A DNA stretch of 64,000 bases from Diadema antillarum (taxonomy: Eukaryota): assembly GCF_040938485.1 (NCBI RefSeq), contig NW_027271056.1:2728001-2792000 (forward strand). The letters are read 5' to 3'. Position numbers and translations under genes: made by a program. Position 1 is the stretch's first letter. Every line of letters starts with the position of its first letter. The notes under the pieces are model-generated. The model saw only the letters and a program-made list of their open reading frames with translations. It ran no database searches and had not been told where the DNA came from. Positions 24,616-38,182 of this stretch are shown here, piece by piece.

Positions 24616-27600
24616 TTTGAAGAACAGGATGTCTCATGCCTTTCTGCAAAGAACTCTGCCTACTTATAAACTTGTCTGGCACTAAGAATTCATATCTTTA
24701 TTCCTACAATAAGTACATGTATGCTGCCCAAAAAAAGAACAACAATCTACACTGAAGTGGTTCCAAGTAGGCTAAATCTCCTCTAGCTGCAGACGAAACC
24801 TGATATCATTTTAGGTAACGTTGACATTTACATTGAGGGGCTGCATTTTTGCCTCGTTTCTCCCTTCCCCCGCCAATGATAATTGCCCAGCCATGGTAAA
24901 CACTTGGACAGAAATAACCATGGTGAGTACGGGGAGAACCTGAGAGGGACCAACGAGAAACGCAGAGGGACAGATAACAAGCCATCCACTGCAAACCCTA
25001 TCTCAAAAACAAGAAGAAAAAAATGAAAATGAAATATCAAATGTCAAGTCTAGTATGAGCACATACTCAGTTTGCCAAATGCAATTATACCTTTGATGGG
25101 GGTAAGGATTAAAAAAAAGGAGCATTTCCCATCAGCAATCTTAAAACCATACCTTAAAGAAAATAGTTGAGATGTTGGTCTTGTTCTTTTATTCTGGGTC
25201 ACCATTGCCAACACGTGCTAGATTGACTGGATATCCCATAAAACTCATCAGCCCAGCTCTTATACATATTTCACTTTTTAACCCCCTTTGTGCTATCACT
25301 TCTTTTGTGGCGCAAGACAATGTACATGGGGACAATTTCCTGCAAAGCTAATGGATTACAAATGGAAATGCTGAAGTACAGGCTAAATGGTTTCACCCAT
25401 AAATATTTCTAAAAGTTTTTTTAATATCTCAATGACAGTAAATCAACAAAACAGACAGGCTTTCTAGTCAGGCAAAGGAGTCTCTTAGATCTTCTTTTAC
25501 GTATTATCATGCAGTCTAATACATTGAGTTGTCTACACTGTACATGATTCATATTCAAAAAGTAGAATTCTACTGTTCCATATGGTAGCTCAACCTAGCC
25601 TTTTTGTGAATAAGGATTACACTGATTTTTCAGTTTTCTCTGGGGACAAATTTGCTGACAATGAATGTCAGCATGTAAAACCACCACCTACTATAACTAC
25701 TGCTAGGACTCCACGCTAGGAGGGTTTCTCATTTGCTTTCATTGTCTTGTTTTGTTTGATTTCACTTGCTTTCTGTTTATTTTTGTTGTTCAATGTGGAC
25801 ATAGCTAACAATGCAATAGATGTTTTACAGATACACACACGTAAACAGAGACACAATGTCATCCACAGCACTAGGGTAAGGAAAACAGAAAAACTCTTGG
25901 GCATTTTGTTTTATCAATTGACATGCATGCTACCTTGCAAGTACGGTTGTACACACTACCCGCTTGAAAATGTTTCAGTAAGTTCACGGAGAAAGAACCA
26001 TTCCACTTCATTGCCCTTGATTCCCACAGACAGCTAGGGGAGAGGAGATACCCGTAGGGCACACTTTTCGTTCATGAGAGAAAAGTCAACTACCAACCCC
26101 CCTTCTCCCCCACCCCCCCTGCCTTCCCTCCCTCACTCCATCTTTTCCCATTCACCCATCTCACATCAACATCAAAACCTTCAGTCACAATGCGATTCCT
26201 AGCACTTGAAGGCAGGTAGCTGAATGCGAGTAAAAGTTGCATATATATTACAGATCATGCATGTAAGACTACATTCCAAATATATCCTGGCGACAACTAT
26301 GCACAGAGTCTACAGATGACAATTAATGCATTCAGAATCTGCGTGATGAATGCTTCAAGGTGAGTGTTTGTGTGTGTCACAGAACAATAAGCCAGTTCGG
26401 GGTTCCACTTTGAGCATGAGCAGAAAAAGGTCATCTGTACCAGCAGAGCATGTTGGTTTTTAAATTCACTAATATAAGCATCCGTGATGTAATGATTATT
26501 CAAGTGGTCTTTATAAGTGGTGCTTGCCAGCACATCCACCTGACAGCAAAAGCGGTATCTGACGATATCAATAGAAAGAGATTGTTAATACATTCAATGC
26601 AAAATAATGAGATGGATGCTTCCCAAAATGCCAACGGAAGGATCATTCTGGTCACCTGTCTACGCAAGTTCATCCTTTGTTTGAACATGACCGTAATGAA
26701 TTCCATAAATTGTTACATTGGGTAAGCTTATGTCTTCTGTCGCTTGAAACTAGTGGAGTGCCTAATCACCTATCTAAAGAAAGAAGGAAAGGTCATTTTG
26801 TACCCATGTGCCCATGAGCTAACTCGAACTGGCTTATATTGGTGACAGCATGCGTATTATTATTATTATTATCATTCTTTTTTTTTTTATATACATAAGA
26901 AGGCAATCACACTATCATCATTCACTTCCCTTGCTGTACATGGTTCTACTGCTGTAGCTTATACATTTGTTATTGACCCTGCAAGAATGTAGATTTCACT
27001 TGACAATGAATGAATTTTCCTGTCTAAAATGTTCATTTTCCTTGCAACTGGCTTCTGCAAAGATGATACACTGTATGCTGACCATCAGGTATTGCTTTGA
27101 CGATATCCTCTTGCTATGGCTGTACAGAGCAAGAGATACTTTACAATATTCTCAAGTTCACTGGAAAAAAAAAATCACTGATACAATGTACTGATGTGTC
27201 AATTGTAATTTCATCTGATCCTACTACAAAACTCAGGTGCACATCATTTGCACTATTAATTCTATATCAACCAATAATAATTCAATCATTAACTACAATT
27301 GCTTTTTGAGTGTGCATTTTTTCCCCCATAACAGTCACATAGCATAAGTCTGTACATTGTTCATCCTATCCCGGCTCTCACAAACCTGAACTGGTATGTG
27401 AAGAAATCTAATCTATTTATTGGCTGCAGGCTAAGTGGTGCAAGCAGTAATAATGCCATGTGCATCCTTTAGTCCCTTGCCACAAATCCTCAACCCTTTT
27501 TGACTAGGAAAGTGGGGCAACCCCCTTCCCCTCCATCTCCCCCTCCCCCACACCCCACATCCTCCTCTACCCAAACCCTCCTTCAAGACATCATGAAGAG

Positions 27601-30600
27601 ATCCAATCAGATACCCGGACACACCACCATCATTTTCGGCTAACTGCCCGATAAGATGAAAAGTCAATTTCCGGCTGCAATATCAATCTCATCAAGAAGG
27701 AGTTCACCCTGAGTAGCAGGGCAAAACGCCAGAGTTGAAGGAGTTGTTGTCTTCGTTGTTTTTCTGGGGGAGAGCTCAAAGGTAAAATCCAAGTCTACCA
27801 CTCAACATGGAAGGATAAACATGAACATGCTGATGATACATCAACACATAAGTAGTTTGCTCACCTATTATATATTTTGTGTGTGTGTGGGGGGGGGGGG
27901 AGGAAGGGGGAGGGGGCTTTTCTGGAAAGGAGAAAGAAATATGTAACGGCTTAAAGCAACAATGCAGAACAATTACAGAATGTTATTGTGAGGTTTCTAC
28001 TTACATATTCCACACAGACACACGCACACACACACTTGGAGAAAAACTTGCTAAGCTTATAAAATTTTGGAAACTGAAATGAGAAAGAAATGTCTAGAGT
28101 ATGTGATACGTTACAACATGTCAAAGACAAGCTGGTTGTGAGAGTGATGATAATGATAGCATTAAGAACAGCAATGACAATTACTGTCAATATTAACCTT
28201 TTGTTCATAATCATATAAATTTATCTTTCTGTATTACAAAGTATTTCACAGTAAAAAAAAACACAAAACCCTCCCATGTAGCCTTATAATAGTCCTCTAC
28301 TGAATCAAGTCTGGTTTACAAGCCTACAACTACATGAAGTAAATTCTACCTTTACTGTCAAAAGGGAAATTGTCTGGCAAATTGCTTCTAAATATTAGAG
28401 GGCCTCGATAAGATGTCAGACAAAAAGCCCAATCATGGATAGCATCTTACAGATTGTCATTTAAATGAGGTAATTACTGTCCTGTCTATGTTGTACACAT
28501 GTTCCAGATTTTCCCTGGAAACTCTAGGCGAGTTTTAGAGTGGACAGTCTGCGGCTCCTGAGAAGAGAGGGTGGAGTGGCAGGGGAGAGAAAGAAGCCAA
28601 GAGACACAAGTGGGTTAATATGACTGTGTTGACTACACGGAAGACAACGATGCGACCGAGGCAGACTCAAGAGTCAGATTAACTTTCACGATTGCTCATC
28701 TCGAGTACCAGTAGCTAATCAAACAGCATTCTCCACCCACTTGCTATCCCACCCCCAACATTTGCTCACCTTTGTCTAACAGTCAGCACAGCTATTTTAA
28801 GTTGCCACTTTCTGAACACTGTGGACTGCACTTCTCCTCAAAAAAAGAAGAAGAAAAAAACCCAAGTACATTATTAGTCTTTCAACAAAAGCTGGCACAA
28901 TGGGCGTGACGTGCCTCTCCCTTCAAACAGGGATGGCAGGGCAAAGAATCGGTTATTTGCTCAGACTGCAACAAACAGGAGCCCTCGTTCTGGTTTGCAA
29001 GCGGACCTGCGATTTGAAAGGATGCGTCCCATTTTTCACTTTCCCTTATCCTCGAGGTGGTGCTGCAGCACAGCACTCTTGAGTGCACAGTGAAACAAAC
29101 TTGGCCAATGTTTGATCACGTCCATGGACAACTAGTACAGTTTGCCCGATACATAAAGAGAAATGATACAAGAGGAAACACAGCGTGACAGGCAGGGACA
29201 AAGAGAAACATAGAGTTAAATACATAAAGAAAAAGAGAGATAGAAATGTGCAAACATTTGTTCAGTTACACATACAGAGAAGATCAGACAGATGTAAAGA
29301 CAGATGGAAGATATAATCAACGATTTATGCTGCTGGTATTTAAAGCAATATGCAGAAAACAGTCAGGGTAGAATGAATGGGAAAAGTAAAATACTAAGAA
29401 ACAAAAACAAGAGAGAACATGCACATAGCTTCAAACCTAGCAGACTGACCAAACAAAAGAAAAAGACTGGAGTATTGAGAGAGCATAGGAAGCCTTTCCC
29501 TGACATAGTGTGATAAAAAAAGAACAGTATAAAGACACAGAGATAGAAAGAGAAATATGAGAACTGGGAGTGAGAGACAGACAAACACCAGATCCGGTAG
29601 AAAAAAAAAACCCTCAAAACATCAATTAATTCCAAATTGCATATATGCAGCCAAGGGTCCCTTTGGCCTGAATGTAAGTGAAGTGTTTTTCCCAGTCGAT
29701 TCTCTCTGGGCAATACCGCTGTGAAATCCGCACATTCTGCCACTCGCAATTCAATTTCAAATGATCCGCTTCGGATGAAAAATGTTTTTCGCACCCCTCT
29801 CAGGCACCAAGGGAGCCTAAACAGGCCTGCCGTGCAACTTCGAACCTGTGGTGATCGATAAGGATGTGTTTGGCTAAAATGCACAGAGAAAGTGGCCTCA
29901 AAATGTCAAGAACATACTCATATCGACCCGCTGTACACAGAACAGACAATTTGGCCACCTTCTGTTCAAGATTGGTCAAAGGCAATCAATTCCCATGTAT
30001 AAATCGTAGGAGGAAAAAGTGGTTCATTCAAACATTCAAACATTCACAGTAGATCACACAGAACTCCAACTGAAGTAATAAGATCTTAATTTAATAGCCT
30101 AAATCTCTTTAGTGAAATGCTGGAAATATTGATTTTTTCTCTATCCATATAAAGGTCTCCTTTCTAACACCATTCATTTCAATAATTTTTTTAATTTTTA
30201 TATCAAACGACAGCAAATCAAGAGCCTGCAAACATGGTTGTAGGATGCAATCTACTGTTAATGTTTTACAGTTAGTTTTGCTTGATGTTCATCAAGCCTA
30301 CGTTTCATTTGAAGGTGGTTACTTGAATCTTTGTATGGAGTCATGCAAACTGGCACAAATTTTGGAGACATGATATTCCAGTGAAAAGCTGGCATTAATT
30401 TGCTCCTACCTACATGTATGGCTATTATCAGTTATCAGCATCACCAAAACTTTCTCACAGGAAAACAAGGTTGGTTCTACCTGAAGAAAACTTGACGACG
30501 AAGAAGAAATGAAACAAAGAAACAATGTAATCAACTGTGACAGCTTAAACTGCAGTTAATACTGTCTCAGGACAAAATTCACACAGAAAATTGGCTGTCT

Positions 30601-32371
30601 GAAAGCATGACTTTGCAAGCAGATCAAGAGGATAGAATGCAATTACAGAAGCTTTTTCCATCAGATTATAAACTTTCTCCAGGGGTATCACAACAACGAA
30701 CATCACATTATCGCTATTGCTACAGCACAGTCCAATCTTGCTTGAAATCTGGCTGATCAGTTGCTTTGAGTTTAACAAAGGCATTCTCAAAAACTTTATC
30801 CTATGGAATAAATTCTCCTTCTAAGACCAGATTGTGGGTATAGAAAGGACACTGAGATTGCACACAACTGATTTTCATCCACACAGTCATATTTACAGAA
30901 CTATGGCTGACCACACACTGAAAATGAATTTGCTCTGATAACAAAACCATTCACTGGTAGGGGGATTGGGGGGAAGCCCCTGGTTTCCCACTTTACACCT
31001 CAGAACCATCTTGTTTGCCCACAGTGTGCTGTTACCTTCTGGCACCTGCCTTTCCTGTCTTCGTCAATCAATGCGCCATAATCACTTCCCAAAATTTGCA
31101 TCATTTAGCGCCGTATCTCATTTCCTGCAATTTCAGAAGGAAGATTAAAACCGCACCGATTTCCACAAGGTGTATGTTTCTTCCCTTTTTCATCCGACTC
31201 TGTGTATACTTTCTGTATGTACCAGTACATGAGGCAAAGAAAATGGCAGGGACACTGGGGTATGGGGGAGGGGGTGGAGGGATAATGTAGCTTTGCAGTA
31301 AGTTTGGGAGAAGTATTCTCATTTCCTGCACTGATTGTTCGCCTCAAAGGAGATAATCTTATGGGAAAACACGAATCCCGAAATAAATGCTTCCCCAATT
31401 TCAGTCACGCATCATCCTCAGCGCAAAGCGGGGCAGAGGATAAACATGATTGCTTCCTATTCTATCCGCCCCTCTCTTTCTCTCTCTCCACCCCCCCCCC
31501 CCCCCCCCCGCACTCCATCCCCTCTCTCTCTGTATCTCTGTCTCTTTTAGACAGAAGATGCAGAGGAACTGAAAAGGGGCGTACGAGGGACAAGCCGATG
31601 ATGGAAAAAGGGTGAGGTAGTGGCTCGTACTACCTTGCTAATTGCTGCTTTGTGACCAGTCCATTCCTCCCTGATCTGTCAAATTTGTTCTACCTCTTCC
31701 GAGGGGCTAGCACAATGCCTCAACAATGGTTTTCCTTTTTTTCTCTGCATGAAAAATGTCTTGTATTGTTGAGGTTGTGAATTCGGCCTGTGAAACCTGC
31801 TTGACAGCAGAATGGAAGATAAACATTGCACGTGGTGCTCTCTTGCGAATACACTCACAGAAGAAAAGGGTTGAGTGTGGGAATGGCCAGGTAACTGCAC
31901 CTGGCAAAAGGACCAGCACACAAATAGATATGGTGGCAATAAACATTAAAAAAAAAAGTTACAACTGATGCCAGCATTATACCTGTAACAATGTACATGG
32001 TCATAATGTGATGCCAATGTGCCACAAAAATGCCAAACAGGCTTAACTTGTTTTGTCTGCAACTCTTCCTACGTGGATTGTTCATGCAATTGGCATATAA
32101 ATACTGATACTGCATGTTGCCTCCCTAAAAGGAGAAGTTGGTAATTGACATTTGATATCATGATCATTTTCTTATTTCGCAATCGATGAAAAGACCTATT
32201 TTCTTGAAAAACAGTGATTTTTTTTTTCATTTATTGTGCATAGCACAGTTTTAGCAGGATATTGCACCTATGTTAAATCAAAGTGTGATGAGAGGGAACC
32301 TGCATGTGTAATGTACGGTATATGCCAAATACTGTACTTGCCTACATAAACACACACATACACATATAATT

Positions 32372-32420
32372 ATACATACATACATACATACATACATACA
32401 TACATACATACATACATACA
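32372..32420. repeat. (ATAC)12 microsatellite
   Basis: Perfect tetranucleotide run. Confidence 0.95.
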
Positions 32421-33436
32421 GTATACATGCAAATACTCATTCCTGATTTTTCATCATGAATATAATGACTTCCTGTATAGCTGTCATGATATTTTACATG
32501 ATAATATGGATACTGAAGAATGGTTCGACACAAACTTTCAGAACCATAAAGTTTGTTAATCAAAGTCTTGTGGAGGTAATTCATGTGTGGGTGCCCATCT
32601 ATTCATTTCTCATGAGTTTTCTATTTTTGCTATCTCCATACCTTCTTCTTCTCTTGCTCACTATAACTGCACATCAACTCTTACACTTAAACATGCTCCA
32701 AGAATCGGCAATAACACCGCCTCTTACTAAGTTTTTGCTTGGGACAAATTGGCTTAGCGGTGTTAAAGAGGAAACAGCCGTGTTTCAAGTGGCGCTGCAC
32801 GATGAAACGCTCTTGTTTTTCATGCGCAGCACAGTTAGCAGGAAATTGCGCCTAAAAGTAATAACAGGACTGTCTGGTTGTCAGTCTCGTTTCAGTTGGC
32901 ACCATAACACGCTATGTTATGTCATCCATGAGATACTGTTTTTGTTTTTCAATCTTGGCCCTCGTTATCTTCCTCCCCCCCCCCCCCCTTCTTTTTACGC
33001 AGCTTCAATATCATCTCTCGCCCAATCTCCACCCTTCCACATCGATCAGGAGCCCCTGGAGGTAAGATTGCTCTGACATTTCTACTTACAGGATTGAAAA
33101 TAGATTTGATTGCAATTATCGCCAGGTTTACGGTGCACTCCTCTGGCAGCCCTTCTCGATTCCAGGGGCGGGCTGCATCTTACACCGGTTATCTTGATGA
33201 AATGATTGTATCTGATCCTGGCTCATTCACATCTGAGCCGCTCTCTCTCTCTCTCTCTATCTCGCTCTCTGAGCAAAATGTTAAACTTTTGCGAGTGATG
33301 AAGCTATCAAGTCATTCATACTTCAAGTAAATGTGATAGAAAAGCAGGTAAATCTTTTCCTCATGTTCTGCTGACGTGATTTTTGTTGTCCCCCCCCCCC
33401 CCCGCTTCACATTCCAAAATGAGCTCTTGAAACTTA

Positions 33437-33905
33437 GATCGGTTACACACGAGAGAAAATTTGTAACTTGAATCATCATTGTAATGATGATTGCAATTTG
33501 TCTTTAGAATTATCGGACCTTACACACGCTCGCTCGAAAACTGTGATTAGAATTCGAATTCTCGAGCTAAGGCGCTACGTAATCCTTGGTGACTTGTCAA
33601 TCAAAATGTACGATCGAGTGCATGCATGCGGCGCGCGTATTATCTACGGAAGTGCTTGAAAGGTCACGTAAGCTCCGCCCCTCAAAAGATGTTTTGGAGG
33701 TCAAGCATTACACACGCAAATTTCGCACTGTAATTTGAGTGAAACTTCACTGGAATTCACCTCCGGACTAGAATTTGAATTTGTGATTGTGATTAGCATT
33801 TGTGATTCTAATTTGCTTCCACACGTGCTAAAAATTCGTCATTAGAATTATTTTCCACTGGAATCATCATTCAAATGACGAATTTTTGACCGTGTGTAAC
33901 CGCTC
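33437..33905. mobile_element. PIF/Harbinger-like non-autonomous transposon (469 bp), TTA TSD
   Basis: TTA|GATCGGTTACACACG...CGTGTGTAACCGCTC|TTA: 15-bp TIR (14/15) with a 3-bp TTA duplication. The core is CpG-rich. Confidence 0.8.
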
Positions 33906-35715
33906 TTATAGAAGTTCAACATTTCGCACTACCTACAAAGTTTAATTTCTTTTTTTTTGAATGACAGGTGAAAGCAGGGTACTTTCTTTCAAGCATCAAA
34001 GGAGTGAGTGATGGGATAACAATGATATAAAATTCAAATTGGTTCAAAGTAGAGAAAACTAGAGTAATATGACAATTTTTTTTTCCAGAGACTACTTCAT
34101 GTTCAAATATGTTGAATCGTGATCACATATTGTGGATATTGATATCCAGTATGCAAAGTGGGGTGTGGTCTTTGCAACAAATGTGGCAATAAAAGTACAC
34201 ACGTTTGAGGTCTTCCAGATTGGCTGCTCCACACATCTGGCAAAAGTGGGTTAAATGCTCTTCACAGAATGTGATCACACATTCCGGAAGACGTATTCGT
34301 CAGAGTACGAATGAACTTTGCAGAAACAGAAAAGTATGCGTCTGGTTCTCATGGAGTATTAATTTCTCCTTGTGCATCATCTGATCACAATGTAAATGTC
34401 AGTTGTCAAAAACTATTTTATCATACGGTGATGAAACATGAGAATTCTTTTGCAGACTCTGATTTTACTGCAGATGGATTCAAATTAGATTCAAAGGATA
34501 AAGATAAGAAACAGTCTTAATTGCACAGCTGGGATTGCTAATTTAAATCCTTCTGTTTCAGTTGCTCTCTCTTCTCTCTCTTCTTTCATTTAATTGTTTC
34601 TTTTATTTCACTTCAGTTGCCATACAGTTATTTGTTTTCTTTTAGTTTTCTTTTTTTCTGATCCCAGAAACCTTTGCTGAAAGAATCCAATCAGCAGTAT
34701 AAGAGGCCAATAGGTTGTAAGTGCAATGAACCACTATTCTTATATTGTGTGTAGCCTAAGAGACATAACAGAAAACTGTTTAAAGTATCCATTACTTGCA
34801 GATCTTCCAGATGTCTCGGCAATTAAGCATCTTGATGTACAATCTGTAGTTCTTCAATTTTCATAACTTTATCATATATAGCGAACATATTTTTCCTGTA
34901 CATGAAGCATCATATCATGAAGAAGATTGACAGGAACGTGTCTGTGAAACATATTTCAAATGCACATTACCTACGTATGTTTCTTCAGGCAGCATTTTAA
35001 ATTTTAATTTACTTAAAACATGTAGCCACTTTGCAATAAGGCAATGTTATATTGCCAGGTGTATATTGCTGTATTTCTTTTCTTTCTTTCTTTTTCGACA
35101 ACACAGTGAAGTGGGGACCCCCTGTCAGTGTATCTACAGTTTATATTGATCATAATGTCACATAGGTAGAAGATGTCAACCTAAACTCTTACAAGGAGTG
35201 ACAACATTAAGATATAATGAACACTAGTATACCAATCATTTCAAATGAAAACTGAAAACCTCTCATCTCACTTCTGCTTTTTTCCCACACGAATCATGTT
35301 TTCATCGACAAAATCTGCTCTAGTGAAACGGCCGATTCTTCACCGGGGTAGCAGCCAAGCTCGACAACAAAGCTGGGCTGGACACAGAGAGGTAAATCTG
35401 ATCAAGTTTTGATTACGGCCTCCTGGTGGCACATGAAATCATCCAGGGAATGCATCACCTAGGGAAACATGCTGATACCGGTACTGTTTGCACACTCGCC
35501 CTCTAATCAGCATCGGTGAAAAAAGAAAGCATCCTGCAAAGTACTCAAATTAATTTGCCCTGCATTTTACCTTATCCTTACCCCAGTATCAGCTCTCTCT
35601 CAACACACACCCACACACACATTCTCACAATCTCATCTCTCTCTCAAAGATTCACATGCTCTTCCTCTCTCTCTCTCAGACAGACATAAACACACACACA
35701 CCATCTCTCTCTCTG

Positions 35716-35742
35716 TTCTTCTTCTTCTTCTTCTTCTTCTTC
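35716..35742. repeat. (TTC)9 microsatellite
   Basis: Perfect trinucleotide run inside a CT/CA-rich low-complexity tract. Confidence 0.9.
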
Positions 35743-37508
35743 TCCTTCCTTTTTTGTCTTGTCTATCACGCTATGCCCCATCCCTCATCCTTTGACTTCA
35801 CACTGTAAGGCAGTTAGTCTACGCCAAGGAGATGTGCAAAGTGGTTTCAGTATGCACAATCACGCCCTCGCTTGACGGGAAGTTGGGAGAGATTGCTCCA
35901 AGCAGGTTTCAGAGGAACAGATGTGGATCAATGCTTGTGTTCTCTGTTTGTCAAACGCCTCTCTGGGTCACGGAAACCTCTTCCTTTTTATTTTCCACAG
36001 TCTGCTTGACTCCCATGGGGGTTAATAGTGTCTGTAAAACATTCCACTAGTCACAACACATTCACATTTAATTGTCAGCAAACTACTACAGTATCTGCTC
36101 TGGTTCAGATTGAATGGGATTTGGTAGAAACAGTTTTACAACATTAATCACTAAACAGCTAGGCACATCCCACATGTGCATACATAACTGTTGAGTATGT
36201 ACTTGAAACAATATAAATCTCACCAACACCACACAGTGAGTAATGGCATTCACATTGGACTCATGACGGAATGAAAACCAATTCCTTTAGAAAGGCATGA
36301 AAGAACAGTGCTAATCCCAAAATGTGCACTAGGCTATGTAATTGAATGGCCTTGATACCACAGAGAATTCTCTTCTTCTTTATTTCCTCCCTCATGAACA
36401 TGCGTGAGTTGCCTGCGTCCAGTTCATTACATCATGCGAGCAGATTTCTTATTCTACCATGACTCCTTCTGCGCAAAGGTGTTGCACGCAGACGTGGAAG
36501 CTGTTAAAAGGAATCCCCCACGCCACTTGATCACATGACCAATCGGGGCATCAAATTCACCACTGGAGCATGACTGGAACCATGCCTCTTCGATCAGGCC
36601 ATCTTGGGGGACTACCTTCCCACGGCAAGGGACTGGATCACCAGCACTTCTCTGGGGTAAGAAGTAAGAATTTAATGGAGCCTGGAATAGGAGAGAGGTG
36701 TTTGATCGCTGTGAAGTGGGTGTCGCTTACATCAGAATTTCCCACTGGGAAGTTGACGTGAGGACAGTGTGAGGGGTTACGATACGTGGAACCACCACCT
36801 CTGCATTTCTGTCATTTCTCATAAATGCCCCATCTGGATTCAAGAATTAGGTCTGATGTCTTATATCATACTCCTAATCTGCTTCTTTGAAAGAGAGAGA
36901 AACTCTGTGTAAATTGCTGCCTTTTAAACTTCATGGAGATTTCCTCCAAGATAGATGCAGTGGCGCATTTCCATTTCTAGGGGAATTGAAGCACCTGAGA
37001 CATGGAGATCACAAACTTTTTTTCAACAGCGATGCATTGATCATCTATCCAATCTTATTAGCAAGCAAAATAAATAGACAGAAGCACGACAAACACCTTT
37101 TTTTCCGAAGATTACCACAAATGATGCATTAAAACACCACATGATGCAGCTATTTTTCTTCTACTATTTCTTCTTATGGTACAATGAGCTGACTTGATAC
37201 TGTTTGCTGACTATTGCAAGTCATCTGGGGTGAACCACTTGGGGTCGGCATCATTGGCCAGATATCTGGTACGGGTTTGTGGGGCAGATCCACTTCAGCA
37301 GGGCAGCGCCCTGCTCTTTTCCAAGAAGTGAAGTGGGATCTTTCAAATATGTGAGATGTGACCCTCTTCCTCAAACATGCTGTGTAAAGAAGGCACCATC
37401 AGATAAGACCTAGACTGAGTTCAAATTACAGGTTTTTCCATTTCAAAAAGATGACTGATAAAACTTTCAACCCCCACAGGTTTGGTCAGATTGCCCCCTT
37501 CAGCTCAC

Positions 37509-37779
37509 CTATGTTGTCAAGTTTGTGCAGGTTGGGCAATATCCTCAGGATGGTTGCCCTGTAGTTGTCTCCCGCTGCGCAGGGGTTGTCGGCCAGCCAC
37601 AGCACCCGAAGCTTAGGCAGATTCCGGAGGAACCAGACCTCCGAAAGGCTGGCGATGCAGTTTCTCCTGACATAGAGCTCGGTCAGGTTGGAGCAGTAGC
37701 TAAAGTCCTCCAGGGTGGTGATGCTGTTGACACTCAGGCTAATTACCTCAATGTTGGGCATTTGTCTGAATATTGAAAC
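37509..37779 (-). CDS. CFAP410: CFAP410 coding exon (271 nt) encoding the leucine-rich repeats and LRR cap
   Basis: Acceptor ttttctccatcggcag|GTT TCA ATA; donor ATA G|gtgagc. The translation [20 protein letters not shown]...[11 protein letters not shown]...[18 protein letters not shown] aligns closely with human CFAP410 [20 protein letters not shown]...LRVLWLAENPC...YRMTVLRTLPRLQKLDNQ (recalled). Confidence 0.97.
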
Positions 37780-38105
37780 CTGCCGATGGAGAAAAGAAAA
37801 AATTGAGAGAAAAATTAAGGTATGCCTCTACCCATCAGTCTTTAGTCTAGCAAGAAGCAAGAATGGTATCAAATTTCCTTCAGATGATCCGAGTGAATTA
37901 CACAGAGCCTTATTACATTCAACTTCTAGGCTCAGCATCTTTGTCGTACAATTACATGAAAAGTGGTTTTTGTAATCGACATTAGTTCAATTGTTCCATT
38001 TTCCGTACCATATGGCATACGTACACTGCAGATCTTACTTTCCTCAAGATTCATCAGCTCATGGAATCACAAGTATGAAAAACCTGGTAATATCATTCCC
38101 ACTGT

Positions 38106-38182
38106 CATCGGCCTCATGCCAAAAGGGCACTAATAGTGTACAAAGTCTATGGTGTTAAGGCCCTTTTGGCATGAAGCCGACG
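38106..38182. repeat. Short hairpin/mini-MITE
   Basis: catcggcctcatgccaaaagggc...gcccttttggcatgaagccgacg: inverted repeat of about 23 bp with 2 mismatches around a spacer of about 30 nt. Confidence 0.6.

Noticed and set aside
24402-24682. ORFs containing X runs
   Set aside because: Artefacts of the 132-N assembly gap.
29363-29884. 173-aa minus-strand ORF, same strand as CFAP410
   Set aside because: The C-terminal half is translated GA-rich low-complexity sequence. There is no homology and no phase-compatible strong splice pair.
32456-33076. Longest ORF in the track (206 aa, + strand)
   Set aside because: No recognisable domain. It is hydrophobic low-complexity sequence from AT/CT-rich tracts and runs through a poly-C run, so it is consistent with chance.
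34457-34473. 17-nt exact match (ctctgattttactgcag) to the CFAP410 exon acceptor region at 3884-3900
   Set aside because: A single 17-mer match in 64 kb of AT-rich DNA is not improbable. Similarity does not extend further, and splicing to it from the upstream exon meets a stop within 16 codons.
37220-37355. + strand peptide EPLGVGIIGQI reminiscent of an aldehyde dehydrogenase motif
   Set aside because: It lacks the following PWNFP, is bounded by stops and has no supporting exons.
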